The translations under genes were made by a program, and so were the position numbers. 32,000 bases of DNA. Source: Promethearchaeota archaeon (GTDB lineage Archaea > Asgardarchaeota > Lokiarchaeia > Sigyniarchaeales > Promethearchaeaceae). The notes beneath the pieces were generated by a model. That model ran no database searches, had not been told where the DNA came from, and saw nothing but the letters and a program-made list of their open reading frames with translations. Shown here piece after piece: positions 9,104 to 18,206 of this stretch; position 1 is the first letter of the stretch; every line of letters starts with the position of its first letter. The stretch covers positions 330,001-362,000 of the forward strand of contig JAFGBS010000009.1 of the NCBI GenBank assembly GCA_016933055.1, in the 5' to 3' direction.

Positions 9104-9826
9104 TCAGAACTCACTCAGTGGGACTTTTCCATCATAAAACACAGTCTTTCCATCAAAATGAATTTGTGCACAAATAATAGGGATTGTTTTCTTCCTAGCG
9201 AAAGACAATGCCGTTCCAAACTTAGGATCCATCTCAAAATTAGGTGAAAATTTAGCTGCTTTATGGAAAATAAGGAATAAAAGCATCCCATTATGCTGGA
9301 TGATTTCATACACATGTCTAGCACCTCGCTCTGTGGGTGCATCAGGAAAATAGGCTATATTATTTTCCTTAATCAAACTTACCCCCTTTACTTCCAAGGG
9401 GATTCCATCCATCATAAAATCTATACGACTTTTCCCTATCGGAACTTCGCTTCTAATTTCTTTTACGTATCGAAATTCTTCTATCAAAGGAAATATAGCT
9501 CGAGAAATACGGTTATGAAGTGCACTGTCAATTAATACCCACTCTTCCGTCTTTGATTGAACTGCTTTCACATACCATGGTAATTTTTTCGTTCCCGGAA
9601 CCATCAGTAGATTTGCATTTTCTTGTAATAGTTCATTCAATCGACCGGGATCATGGATATGTGCTTGAGTTAAATTTCCATTATACTTAATGTTTGCAAC
9701 GAATCGATTAGGTCGATCAATAAATTGTGCGTTATAGAGGTTTGAAATCCTAAAGAGGGGTATCATTACATGTGAGAATTCATATAACTTTTTGAATGTC
9801 GTCTTTTTTTCATTATAAGCTGACAA
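9104..9826 (-). CDS. sfsA: SfsA family DNA/RNA nuclease (sugar fermentation stimulation protein)
   Basis: RPNRFVA, AHIHDPGRLNELL, SRIDF, EVKGVSL, FPDAPTERGARHV. Probable start is the Met at 9766. Confidence 0.9.
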   Translation of the reverse strand: MSAYNEKKTTFKKLYEFSHVMIPLFRISNLYNAQFIDRPNRFVANIKYNGNLTQAHIHDPGRLNELLQENANLLMVPGTKKLPWYVKAVQSKTEEWVLIDSALHNRISRAIFPLIEEFRYVKEIRSEVPIGKSRIDFMMDGIPLEVKGVSLIKENNIAYFPDAPTERGARHVYEIIQHNGMLLFLIFHKAAKFSPNFEMDPKFGTALSFARKKTIPIICAQIHFDGKTVFYDGKVPLSEF

Positions 9827-9830
9827 TAGA

Positions 9831-9838
9831 TTATATTT
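9831..9838 (+). promoter_or_regulatory. Putative archaeal TATA box for a leaderless URO-D-like gene
   Basis: TTATATTT 22-29 nt upstream of ATG 9860 in a divergent intergenic region. Confidence 0.35.
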
Positions 9839-9859
9839 TACCCTGATAATACTATTTTA

Positions 9860-11071
9860 ATGAATTCTCTGGAAAGAGTAAAGGCAGCGCTTCATTTCTC
9901 AGGTCCTGATAAAGTTCCTTTGTTTTCTCAGAATTTAAAAACCGATGTATTGCCCTTGGCTATGCTTCCATCAAAGAATTGGCATCCAGGACATATACCT
10001 GAAGAAGAAGGCCTTTTTCCTCATCCCTTTGATGATTTTGTGGTAAATTTGGGTTTATATAAGTGGAAAAAACCCGATTGGGCAAAAAAAAACCCTAAAT
10101 ACAAAAAAAATAACTGGTTGAAATATCCTCGTGAAGAAATCGATGAATGGGGCTGCATATGGAATCGCTCGGGAGGAAATCAGACTATGGGACATCCAGG
10201 CCGAGCATCCATGCCCAGTTGGGGGGATTTAGATAAATACTTAGAATCTCATACTCCTGATCCCACAGATCGGACTAGATATTCCCTTTTTCTCAAATTA
10301 GGGAAAATAATAAGCCTTTTAGGATTTAAAAAGTATCGTGTTTGTGTTTTAGGTCACGTAGGTCCATCTCAAACTGCAAGTATGATAAGAGGTTTTAGCC
10401 CTTACCTCGTTGACCATGCCAAACATCCAAACGAATTAAAACGCTTGCTAGCTCATCTTACAGAGTTTTATGTGGAATGCATTAAAAATTGGATAAAATT
10501 TAGTGCAAAACCTCATGGATTCTTGCTTGTAGACGATCTGGGAGAGCAGTCAGGGCCCTTTTTCAGTCCCCGAACTTTCAAAAACTTTTACGAACCTGTC
10601 TACCGTACCATATTTCAAACTGCCCATGACTATGGATGTGAAACGCATCTGCATTGCTGTGGTAAAGTAGATAAACTTTTACCATCGTTGATTGAGTGGG
10701 GTTTAGATGCTATAGAGTTCGATAGTCCCCGTATGTCGGGATATACAGATCTCAAGCCGTATGTTGGGAAGATTATGTTTTGGGCATGTGCGAATATTCA
10801 ATCCATATATGTCAATGGGACTCCCGATGAAGTCAGGAAGGAGGTTTGGCATATGATGCGGAATCTTGGCACTAAAGAAGGAGGATTCGGGCTCTATCCA
10901 TATCCCCAACCCTATCATATTCACGTTCCTAAGAAGAACCAAAAAGCATTATATGAGGGTTTAAAGGAATTTGGTGACTATACCAAAATTCCCCCTTATT
11001 GGTGGGACTATCCAACTCCTGATGAGTGGGATAGGTATACAGTACCAGCACTTCCTCCTCTGAGTCCATAA
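9860..11071 (+). CDS. Uroporphyrinogen decarboxylase / MtaA-CmuA superfamily protein (URO-D-like, unknown function)
   Basis: MNSLERVKAALHFSGPDKVP, DEWGCIW, DDLGEQSGPFFSP, LHCCG(K)V, WGLDAIE. Confidence 0.85.
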   Translation: MNSLERVKAALHFSGPDKVPLFSQNLKTDVLPLAMLPSKNWHPGHIPEEEGLFPHPFDDFVVNLGLYKWKKPDWAKKNPKYKKNNWLKYPREEIDEWGCIWNRSGGNQTMGHPGRASMPSWGDLDKYLESHTPDPTDRTRYSLFLKLGKIISLLGFKKYRVCVLGHVGPSQTASMIRGFSPYLVDHAKHPNELKRLLAHLTEFYVECIKNWIKFSAKPHGFLLVDDLGEQSGPFFSPRTFKNFYEPVYRTIFQTAHDYGCETHLHCCGKVDKLLPSLIEWGLDAIEFDSPRMSGYTDLKPYVGKIMFWACANIQSIYVNGTPDEVRKEVWHMMRNLGTKEGGFGLYPYPQPYHIHVPKKNQKALYEGLKEFGDYTKIPPYWWDYPTPDEWDRYTVPALPPLSP

Positions 11072-11250
11072 TGAAATTGAAATTTGGGATTTTTCATTGC
11101 GATTATTTGAAAATAATAGTAACATGCATAAATGGATTTTTTGGATATCATTCATAGCCAAGAAGATAATCTAAAGATTAAAAACAAAGAACATCGCTTT
11201 TTACGAACAAGAAAGAAAATTGATTAGAAATTGAAAGAAGAATAAATAAA

Positions 11251-12498
11251 TTATGCATGATCTGCGAGAGATTTTGCTAATATTTCTCCAATATCCAAAA
11301 CAGGATCCCCATCATTAAACATGAATCCTTCTTCACATGCGGGACATGCTGAAACGATGTACTCTGCTCCTGTTTCTTTTAATTGGGCCACTCTTTGCTT
11401 TCCTATGGCATCAGATATTTCAGGATGATGCACATGACTAACTCCGCCTCTGCCACAACACTGGGTGATATCCCCATGTAAATATACTTCACGAAAATCC
11501 AGATCGGGAATCAGAGAAAATATGAACCGTGCATTTTCTATGTCGATTGTACCCATTTTTCCTCTGCTAGAAATACAGGGATCATGATAGGTGATTGAAA
11601 GGGGGACGGACTTTTCAGGTTTGATTTTCCCTTCTTCCAAAAGTTTACGATAAAATTCTACAGAAGTATATACCTTATAATTATGCTTGCATCCTAGAGT
11701 TTTGTAAGTATTACGGATTGAGTTAGTACATGCAGGGCAATCGGTAACTATGATTTTCGCTCCGGCTTTATTAAATAATGCTATATTTTTCTCTGCGAAA
11801 TATTTTGCAGAATTTAGGAGGCCTAATGTATGTAAAGGTCCTCCACAGCAAGTTCTTTCATCTGCATACATACAAAAGCGAATACCTGCCTTTTGGAGGA
11901 TTTTAATATTCGCTTTTACTGCTGCAGGCTTTTTCTCCGCCATTACACAACCTGTGTAGTAGAACACTTCTGGATTTTCCATATTTACATTCAAATCTTC
12001 AATCTGAGTGAATGTATCTTGTTCAAATGCTGTTTGTTTCTCCATCACCCTGGCATCAAACTCTTTGACTCCGGGGATATAAATTTCTCTGTTAATTAAA
12101 TCCGCTCGGACTTGGGTTAGTAAATCTCCCGTAGAGATGTCCATTGGGCACCAATTTCTACATCCGTCGCAGTTTGTGCACATATATGCGACTTCTGCCG
12201 TATGCAAGTCGGTCATGTCTAAATTTTTCCTCTCCATATGGTAAGAAATACGAGATTTTGTGGCTGGTGCATACATTTCCTTGTGCGTTACCCGAAGGGA
12301 TGGACACTCAAACCTACACATATTGGGACACAAAGCACATTTGAGTAATTCTTTCATATCTACATGAGTTTCCTTCACATAATAGAAATCTTTTTCGTGT
12401 CGAAATCCTTGAATAGTTTTTTTAATATCCTTAAAAGAACCCGAAAAAAATACTTTCACTATCCATTTATATTTCTTAATTTTAGCTAATAATCCCAA
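11251..12498 (-). CDS. CCG-domain Fe-S protein (GlpC/GlcF/HdrD-like electron-transfer subunit)
   Basis: Two 4Fe-4S motifs (CALCPNMCRFECP, CTNCDGCRNWCP), YYTGC, two CCG motifs, TDCPAC, TYHDPC, SACPAC. Confidence 0.88.
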   Translation of the reverse strand: MGLLAKIKKYKWIVKVFFSGSFKDIKKTIQGFRHEKDFYYVKETHVDMKELLKCALCPNMCRFECPSLRVTHKEMYAPATKSRISYHMERKNLDMTDLHTAEVAYMCTNCDGCRNWCPMDISTGDLLTQVRADLINREIYIPGVKEFDARVMEKQTAFEQDTFTQIEDLNVNMENPEVFYYTGCVMAEKKPAAVKANIKILQKAGIRFCMYADERTCCGGPLHTLGLLNSAKYFAEKNIALFNKAGAKIIVTDCPACTNSIRNTYKTLGCKHNYKVYTSVEFYRKLLEEGKIKPEKSVPLSITYHDPCISSRGKMGTIDIENARFIFSLIPDLDFREVYLHGDITQCCGRGGVSHVHHPEISDAIGKQRVAQLKETGAEYIVSACPACEEGFMFNDGDPVLDIGEILAKSLADHA

Positions 12499-12510
12499 AA
12501 TGCAACTCTC

Positions 12511-13971
12511 CTATTCTCGTTCCGGTTCATCATATAATTTTCCAGGATTCATTATGTTGTTAGGATCTATGACATGTTTGATTTTCTTCATTAAATCTAA
12601 TACTGGACCATGTTCGTCTCGCATCCAACGTGCTCTATTTATACCAATACCATGATGATGGGATATCGATCCTCCTGAATTCAGTGTAGCTATCATAGCT
12701 GCATCCCATGCACTATTGTAGAATTCCTCTGGGCTTTTTCCTTCAGGAACAATTCCACTAAATGTAAAGTAAAAACACACACCATTGGGATAAAAATGAG
12801 AAGCATGACCCGATGCAAGTAATAAACCATCGAGTTTTTTCAATTCATTGATAACGGAGTGATATAAATGAACCGCATCGTCCCACATGCATGAAATCTC
12901 AATTGTGTCTGCAATTTGCCCCTTTGGCATATAAACGGAGGTTTCTTTGACATTAAATCGGGTTTCAAACCAATGATCCACTGGATTTTTTCCACAATCT
13001 GTTCCATTGCATTCCAAGCATGTTTTTCGAATCTCTGAGATTTCAAGCTCAACCAAAGATGAAATGGGTGCCTCGCAGACAAAAATTACCATCAGCCTAT
13101 TTTTTGCTTGTGGTTCATTATAGAAATGCCGTTCAGTTTCCTGTTTATCGTAAATGCGAACAACAGCAGGATAAATTTGCTTTTGTAAAATTAACTGAGT
13201 AGCCTTTAAACTGTCTTCTATAGCATCAAACGCAAAGGATACACCTTGTTGCTTTTCAGGTAGTGGCCACATTATCATAGTTGCTTGAGTGACTATACCT
13301 AGTGTGCCCTCGGAACTTAAAAATAAACGTTCAATTTGCGGTCCGTTGGATGCACGAGGGTATAATTTTGTATCTATAATTTCTCCATTAGGGAGAACCA
13401 CTCGCATACTTAAAACAATATCTTCAATTTTACCGTATTTAGTCGAGAATTGACCTGCTGCTCGATGAGCAATCCAACCTCCTACAGTAGAAGTATGGAA
13501 ACTTTGCGGTACATGACCGATAAGAAATCCCTTCTGTTCTAATTGTCTTTCTAGCCATTTACCATTAGCACCAGTTTGTACGGTAACTGTTAAGTTTTGT
13601 TTGTTAACTTCAATTATGTCAGTCATTCTTTTCATATCGAGCATGATCCCCCCGTATACGGGGATGGCTGCGCCTACAACACCTGATCCCTCTCCATAAG
13701 GAACCACAGGTATTTTTTTTCGATTTGCACATATTAATATCCGGGATATTTCTTCCTCATTTTCTGGCCAGACAATAACATGGGGTAATCCGGGGACCTT
13801 ATTTTCCATGATCCAGCGATTTGTAATTAATTGATAGTCTTTTGAATACGCAACAAGATCAGCTTCTTCAGTAGAAACCCAATCGGGTCCGACAATTTCT
13901 GATAATTCAGTAACTAAAGCGTTCAAATCATCAATTTTAACCCGTTTTTTATACACAACATCAAACTTCAT
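12511..13971 (-). CDS. FAD-binding oxidoreductase (VAO/PCMH family), alkyl-dihydroxyacetonephosphate synthase-like
   Basis: PYGEGSGV, GHVPQSFHTSTVGGWIAHRAAGQFSTKYGKIED, SSEGTLGIVT, PAVVRIYD, CFYFTF, SHHHGIG (HHH at 12652-12660), IDPNNIMNPGKL. Confidence 0.88.
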   Translation of the reverse strand: MKFDVVYKKRVKIDDLNALVTELSEIVGPDWVSTEEADLVAYSKDYQLITNRWIMENKVPGLPHVIVWPENEEEISRILICANRKKIPVVPYGEGSGVVGAAIPVYGGIMLDMKRMTDIIEVNKQNLTVTVQTGANGKWLERQLEQKGFLIGHVPQSFHTSTVGGWIAHRAAGQFSTKYGKIEDIVLSMRVVLPNGEIIDTKLYPRASNGPQIERLFLSSEGTLGIVTQATMIMWPLPEKQQGVSFAFDAIEDSLKATQLILQKQIYPAVVRIYDKQETERHFYNEPQAKNRLMVIFVCEAPISSLVELEISEIRKTCLECNGTDCGKNPVDHWFETRFNVKETSVYMPKGQIADTIEISCMWDDAVHLYHSVINELKKLDGLLLASGHASHFYPNGVCFYFTFSGIVPEGKSPEEFYNSAWDAAMIATLNSGGSISHHHGIGINRARWMRDEHGPVLDLMKKIKHVIDPNNIMNPGKLYDEPERE

Positions 13972-14103
13972 AGTTGTACCACATTATAAATAGATAATCT
14001 CACTTGAAAAAGCCAGACGATAAACTTAAACCTATTGGTATCATAATCATCAGAAAAAAGAATTCACAAAGAATAAAATAGCTCTTAAAACAAATATTGA
14101 GTT

Positions 14104-14463
14104 ATGACTTATCTTGAAGATATTCCCGCATTAATTTATACGATGTTATACACTCATAATAAGGACGGTAGACTCCGTAAAGCTACGGAACACAAAAAAC
14201 TCAGTATTTTATTTGATTTTCCGGACTTTCCTCCCGCAGCTTTATTAAAGATACAAAATGGTAATTATGAAGTCTTAAGTGTAGAAAATCCCGAGGGTAT
14301 CTCGGCGGATGCAATCATAAAAGGGAATTTTGAAGATATTGTCGAGTTATCTGGAGGCTTTGGAAGGGGGATCAGTCTTCTCTTAACGGGAAAAGTGAAA
14401 ATAAAAGGGCTTCTAAAAGCGATAACGTTGCTTAAAATCTTGGGGGAAAAGGAGGTGTTGTGA
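14104..14463 (+). CDS. Stand-alone SCP2 (sterol carrier protein 2) lipid-binding domain protein
   Basis: LLKIQNGNYEV...ADAIIKGNFEDIVEL...LLLTGKVKIKG...LLKIL is the SCP2 pattern. Confidence 0.8.
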   Translation: MTYLEDIPALIYTMLYTHNKDGRLRKATEHKKLSILFDFPDFPPAALLKIQNGNYEVLSVENPEGISADAIIKGNFEDIVELSGGFGRGISLLLTGKVKIKGLLKAITLLKILGEKEVL

Positions 14464-15585
14464 TTGAGGGAAATTATGACAAGTTATGAACGTTCTATTG
14501 CTGCAATTGAACATAAATCCGTTGATCGGTTTCCTATTATATCCCTAGGTGTCGATTATGCTTTTTACAATGAATTTATGGAGGAAATTGGTTTCACACC
14601 AGAAGAAGTAAAGCAATATGCAACTGATGGGATATTAACTGGACCTCCTTGGTCACATGGTGTGAATGTAAAATTAGGTGTGGATATCGATTGGACTTCT
14701 ATGAGAGCCAGACAACATTATGATCATGAGACCCATCAAATTCTAGATACATTTGGAGGAATTGATAAAGTTGTGGTGAATGATAGTGGTATTCCCCATT
14801 TGTGGTATGTTAAACCATTCCTTACGTCCAAGGAAAAAATTAAAGACTGGTGGAATTTGGGGAGACCGAAACCTTACACGAACGCTATGATCAAACCTTT
14901 AGTAAAAATTATGCAGACGCTTATAGATAAATACCAAATGTTAAGTATGATTGGCTTACCAGGTCCATGGGAAAACTTGCATATGTCAATTGGAATGGCA
15001 CAAGTTGCGAAATTTTGTCGAAAAGATCAACGATTTCTCGAGGAGATTTTGGAAAAAAATTTTGAAGTTCAAGGAGATGGTTTGGAGCGTATAATGAAAT
15101 TAGGAAATCCTCCCGTTGTCATGTGTGGCGATGACTATGGATTCAATCAAGGTCTCCAAATGCCTATTAAATATTGGAGACAATTTATCAAGCCCATCTT
15201 AAAAAGGTATGTAGAAATCGTACATAGTTATGGATCTAAATTTCTATTACACTCTTGTGGTAGCATAGGAGATATTTTTTCCGACTTAATAGAAATCGGA
15301 GTGGAGGGTGTGGAATCTCTGCAACCAACGATAAATGATCTTGTGACGCTCAAACACAAATACGGGGATAAAATCGCATTATTAGGAACGATAGATGATA
15401 CTAATCTCTTGGTGAGGGGGACAACCGAGCATGTTTGGAGTGAAGTAACGAATTCAGTTAAGTTATTGGGAAAGGAAAGTGGGTATTTGCCGGGTGCAAC
15501 AAATACGCTCCTTAATGCGAAAGTTAGTAATGTGAAGACTATGATTGAAGCAATTCAAAGTATGAATCCTCAATATGTAATTTAA
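14464..15585 (+). CDS. Uroporphyrinogen decarboxylase / MtaA-CmuA superfamily protein
   Basis: MTSYERSIAAIEHKSVDRFP, DTFGG, CGDDYGFNQGLQM, LLHSCG, IGVEGVESLQP, LLGTID. TTG start 6 nt after GGAGGTG (14451-14457). Confidence 0.87.
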   Translation: MREIMTSYERSIAAIEHKSVDRFPIISLGVDYAFYNEFMEEIGFTPEEVKQYATDGILTGPPWSHGVNVKLGVDIDWTSMRARQHYDHETHQILDTFGGIDKVVVNDSGIPHLWYVKPFLTSKEKIKDWWNLGRPKPYTNAMIKPLVKIMQTLIDKYQMLSMIGLPGPWENLHMSIGMAQVAKFCRKDQRFLEEILEKNFEVQGDGLERIMKLGNPPVVMCGDDYGFNQGLQMPIKYWRQFIKPILKRYVEIVHSYGSKFLLHSCGSIGDIFSDLIEIGVEGVESLQPTINDLVTLKHKYGDKIALLGTIDDTNLLVRGTTEHVWSEVTNSVKLLGKESGYLPGATNTLLNAKVSNVKTMIEAIQSMNPQYVI

Positions 15586-16247
15586 TAACGGTATCTCCAT
15601 TCTTGTCGGCATTTCTTACAATAATATTTTTTCGCGAATGACCCCCTACCGGGATCGGGCATTTCTTGACACTCCATTTTCCCACATTTCGGGCATTGAA
15701 TTATTCCATTTTCGGGGTAATCAATTTCTACAACTTGTCTTTGCAAGCTTCTAGGATCGGCTGCATTAAAACTTGCAAGATTGGGGGTAGGTTCCTCCTC
15801 AAATTCAGGTGGTTTTTGGACTAATTCTTTGTATAGTTGAGCTTCGGATGAGACTGATTGAGGATCTACTTCAGATGGTGAGAATAAACTGGAGGGTTTA
15901 ATTAAACCAATATCTTGTTTTTTAGATGTTGAAATAGAAGGGGTGATATTTCTTCCTTGGGATTTTGTAAACGGTTCCAATTTTGCCATGGATAATTCAT
16001 CAAGTTTCTCTACAATGATATTTAATTTTGCAGTTATTGCAGTAAACATAGATTGATAATCGGGTATGGGTGCGCATTCTTCTGGAATTTGTTTTAGTAT
16101 CTCTTCCATTTCAAATAATTCATTTTTAAGTTTTGTATTCTCCTCTTGTAATGAGAGGATTTGTTGTTTCAATAGCTCTTTTAAATCATTTAGCTTGGCG
16201 ATCTGTTCATCTTTCGCTTTAATTAAATTTTCCATACCTTTGTCCAA
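15582..16247 (-). CDS. Hypothetical protein: N-terminal coiled coil, low-complexity linker, C-terminal Zn ribbon
   Basis: Heptad-rich LIKAKDEQIAKLNDLKELLKQQILSLQEENTKLKNEL; C-terminal CPKC...CKKC...W. Confidence 0.75.
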   Translation of the reverse strand: MDKGMENLIKAKDEQIAKLNDLKELLKQQILSLQEENTKLKNELFEMEEILKQIPEECAPIPDYQSMFTAITAKLNIIVEKLDELSMAKLEPFTKSQGRNITPSISTSKKQDIGLIKPSSLFSPSEVDPQSVSSEAQLYKELVQKPPEFEEEPTPNLASFNAADPRSLQRQVVEIDYPENGIIQCPKCGKMECQEMPDPGRGSFAKKYYCKKCRQEWRYRY

Positions 16248-16404
16248 TCCAATTTCACAAGATCATGAATATTATTGATAAAACATAAGTCCGATAGTGC
16301 TAAATAAATTTGTTTAAATTATACCATAATCACTAAAACCATCACAAACTAGATTATCCGCTATATTTCTCTTAATTTGTTCAATTTTAATGTAATAGAA
16401 AGAC

Positions 16405-16420
16405 AAAAATTAAAAAAAAA
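16405..16420 (-). terminator. Putative oligo-T archaeal terminator
   Basis: T9 and T5 runs on the minus strand immediately after the stop at 16423. Confidence 0.45.
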
Positions 16421-16422
16421 TC

Positions 16423-18204
16423 TCAGTTATTATTGGTAAACACTTTTCTCTCTTTTAACATCGCCTTGAATATTTTTTCATAATAAATTTGATTTTTAAC
16501 TTGAGGTTTATTGATATCCAATGTGACATTGTATAGATAAGCATTTTTTTGGTCATATACTATTGAAGCTCTTACAATATTTCCATCTAACTCAAATTCT
16601 GCATCAATTGCTCTCCGTGTCAATTCTTCCGTCTCCTCCGTTTCTGCACTTATCATTTCTATTGAATCTAACCATTCATTGAAATTATCCATATTCAATT
16701 TTTCGTCAAAATTTAAAAATACCGATAGTGTATCATCTAATCGTTTTGTCATCCATTGGAGGGTCCTCAAAATCAGAAAAACGAGTCCAACCCATAAAAT
16801 AAGATTTATGCCAAACCATAAAATGACACCCCAAGGACCAGATGGAAGAGATAATCCAAATAACCTTGGAAAAGTTTCTTCAGTAGAAAAACTATATTCC
16901 CCCACAATTAATGCTAGGATCTCAAAAGCTAATGAGCCTGACATAATCACTTCCAATATCTGCATTTTATTTTCTTGACGTTCCGCTGATTTGAACATAC
17001 GACGTTGAATCTGAGCAGTATCTTTTATACCCCGAAAAATCTGTTGAAGGCGTTTTTCTTGGATTACAGATATTTGATTTTGAAGGTTAGTTACTTCATT
17101 TTCTAACCCTTTTATGAGATCAGCAATATCATCAGCGCGTTCCCAATTTGATTGTAAAGTCTCTCTAATTTCCAAAATATCAGAAAATTGAGATAGATCT
17201 TCATTGAAATGTTTCTTGTGTACATTATATTCATCAAATGCATCCTTGATAGAATTTTTTATAAAAGAACTCAATTCAGACATTAACACACATTCTGCTG
17301 TAACAGCTGCCAATGTCTCTTGTGCTTTTCCAACTGCACGCGGGTCTGTGTGGAAGTTATTCGTCATCTCTTTTACTTCCTTAATCTCATCACTCACACT
17401 AAAAAAGAGATTGAAATAATTAGAAATAAACACGCTAACTGAGCGTGCAAAAGCAAATTGCACTAAAATCGGTTCATAATACGATAAATCTTTACTTATT
17501 AATATAGCTCCTGCGGTTCCGATGAAAACCTTATCTCCGTTTTTTAAATCCTTTGCTTTTTCAATATAATCCAAAATTTGACGCAGTTCTGATTCCTTTT
17601 CTCTCTTATCTAAGTATTCCTCAGCGGTTAAATTCGGTTCCATCGACTCTCCTAAAATCATGAAATATTTTTGGCGATAAAGTGCTCTTCCATAATAATT
17701 AAGATTCAGTAGTTCACGTTGATGTTCAGATAATAAATCATGTAATAGTTTTGATGAATCAAATGCAATATCGGTACTTAAGCGAGGAATATAATCTAAA
17801 TACAGTATATCACTCCTTCCTTGTGCTTCTATTACATCTATCCCACAAATTACTCTACCATATTGGCTGATCGATATTCCTATTTGTTCTTTTTGGATAA
17901 TACCTTGCTCTTCCGGATACATTATTTCTGTCACAAAATTAGAATACTCTGAAAGGGAGAATGACAATAATTCAACTTGTGTTTCTATAGATGAAGTTTC
18001 AACAACAGTAGAATTTGGGAGTTTATCGCGATCGGCAGTAATATACGTTTTTTTAATGTCATTAAAAGCATTTAGTTTTGTATTAAATGCAAACATTTCA
18101 TTACGATGAAATGGAATATATTCTGAAACTAACAGCTTCAAGTTTCTTATTCCGAGAATTTCGGTAAGGCTATTATCTCGTATATTGTGTATTTTCTGAT
18201 TCAT
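16423..18204 (-). CDS. Hypothetical membrane protein with CorA-like architecture (alpha/beta domain, long helices/coiled coil, two TM helices, C-terminal soluble domain)
   Basis: Coiled coil DLIKGLENEVTNLQNQISVIQEKRLQQ, then TM segments ILEVIMSGSLAFEILALIVG and GVILWFGINLILWVGLVFLIL; no GMN motif. Start set at ATG 18204 (MNQKI), 10 nt after GGAGGT; the ORF track gives 18222. Confidence 0.7.
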   Translation of the reverse strand: MNQKIHNIRDNSLTEILGIRNLKLLVSEYIPFHRNEMFAFNTKLNAFNDIKKTYITADRDKLPNSTVVETSSIETQVELLSFSLSEYSNFVTEIMYPEEQGIIQKEQIGISISQYGRVICGIDVIEAQGRSDILYLDYIPRLSTDIAFDSSKLLHDLLSEHQRELLNLNYYGRALYRQKYFMILGESMEPNLTAEEYLDKREKESELRQILDYIEKAKDLKNGDKVFIGTAGAILISKDLSYYEPILVQFAFARSVSVFISNYFNLFFSVSDEIKEVKEMTNNFHTDPRAVGKAQETLAAVTAECVLMSELSSFIKNSIKDAFDEYNVHKKHFNEDLSQFSDILEIRETLQSNWERADDIADLIKGLENEVTNLQNQISVIQEKRLQQIFRGIKDTAQIQRRMFKSAERQENKMQILEVIMSGSLAFEILALIVGEYSFSTEETFPRLFGLSLPSGPWGVILWFGINLILWVGLVFLILRTLQWMTKRLDDTLSVFLNFDEKLNMDNFNEWLDSIEMISAETEETEELTRRAIDAEFELDGNIVRASIVYDQKNAYLYNVTLDINKPQVKNQIYYEKIFKAMLKERKVFTNNN

Positions 18205-18206
18205 AC

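Noticed and set aside
10961-11250. Small ORF or ncRNA in the convergent gap between the URO-D-like and CCG genes
   Set aside because: A/T-rich spacer consistent with terminators; the 66-aa ORF overlaps the URO-D-like gene and has no motif.
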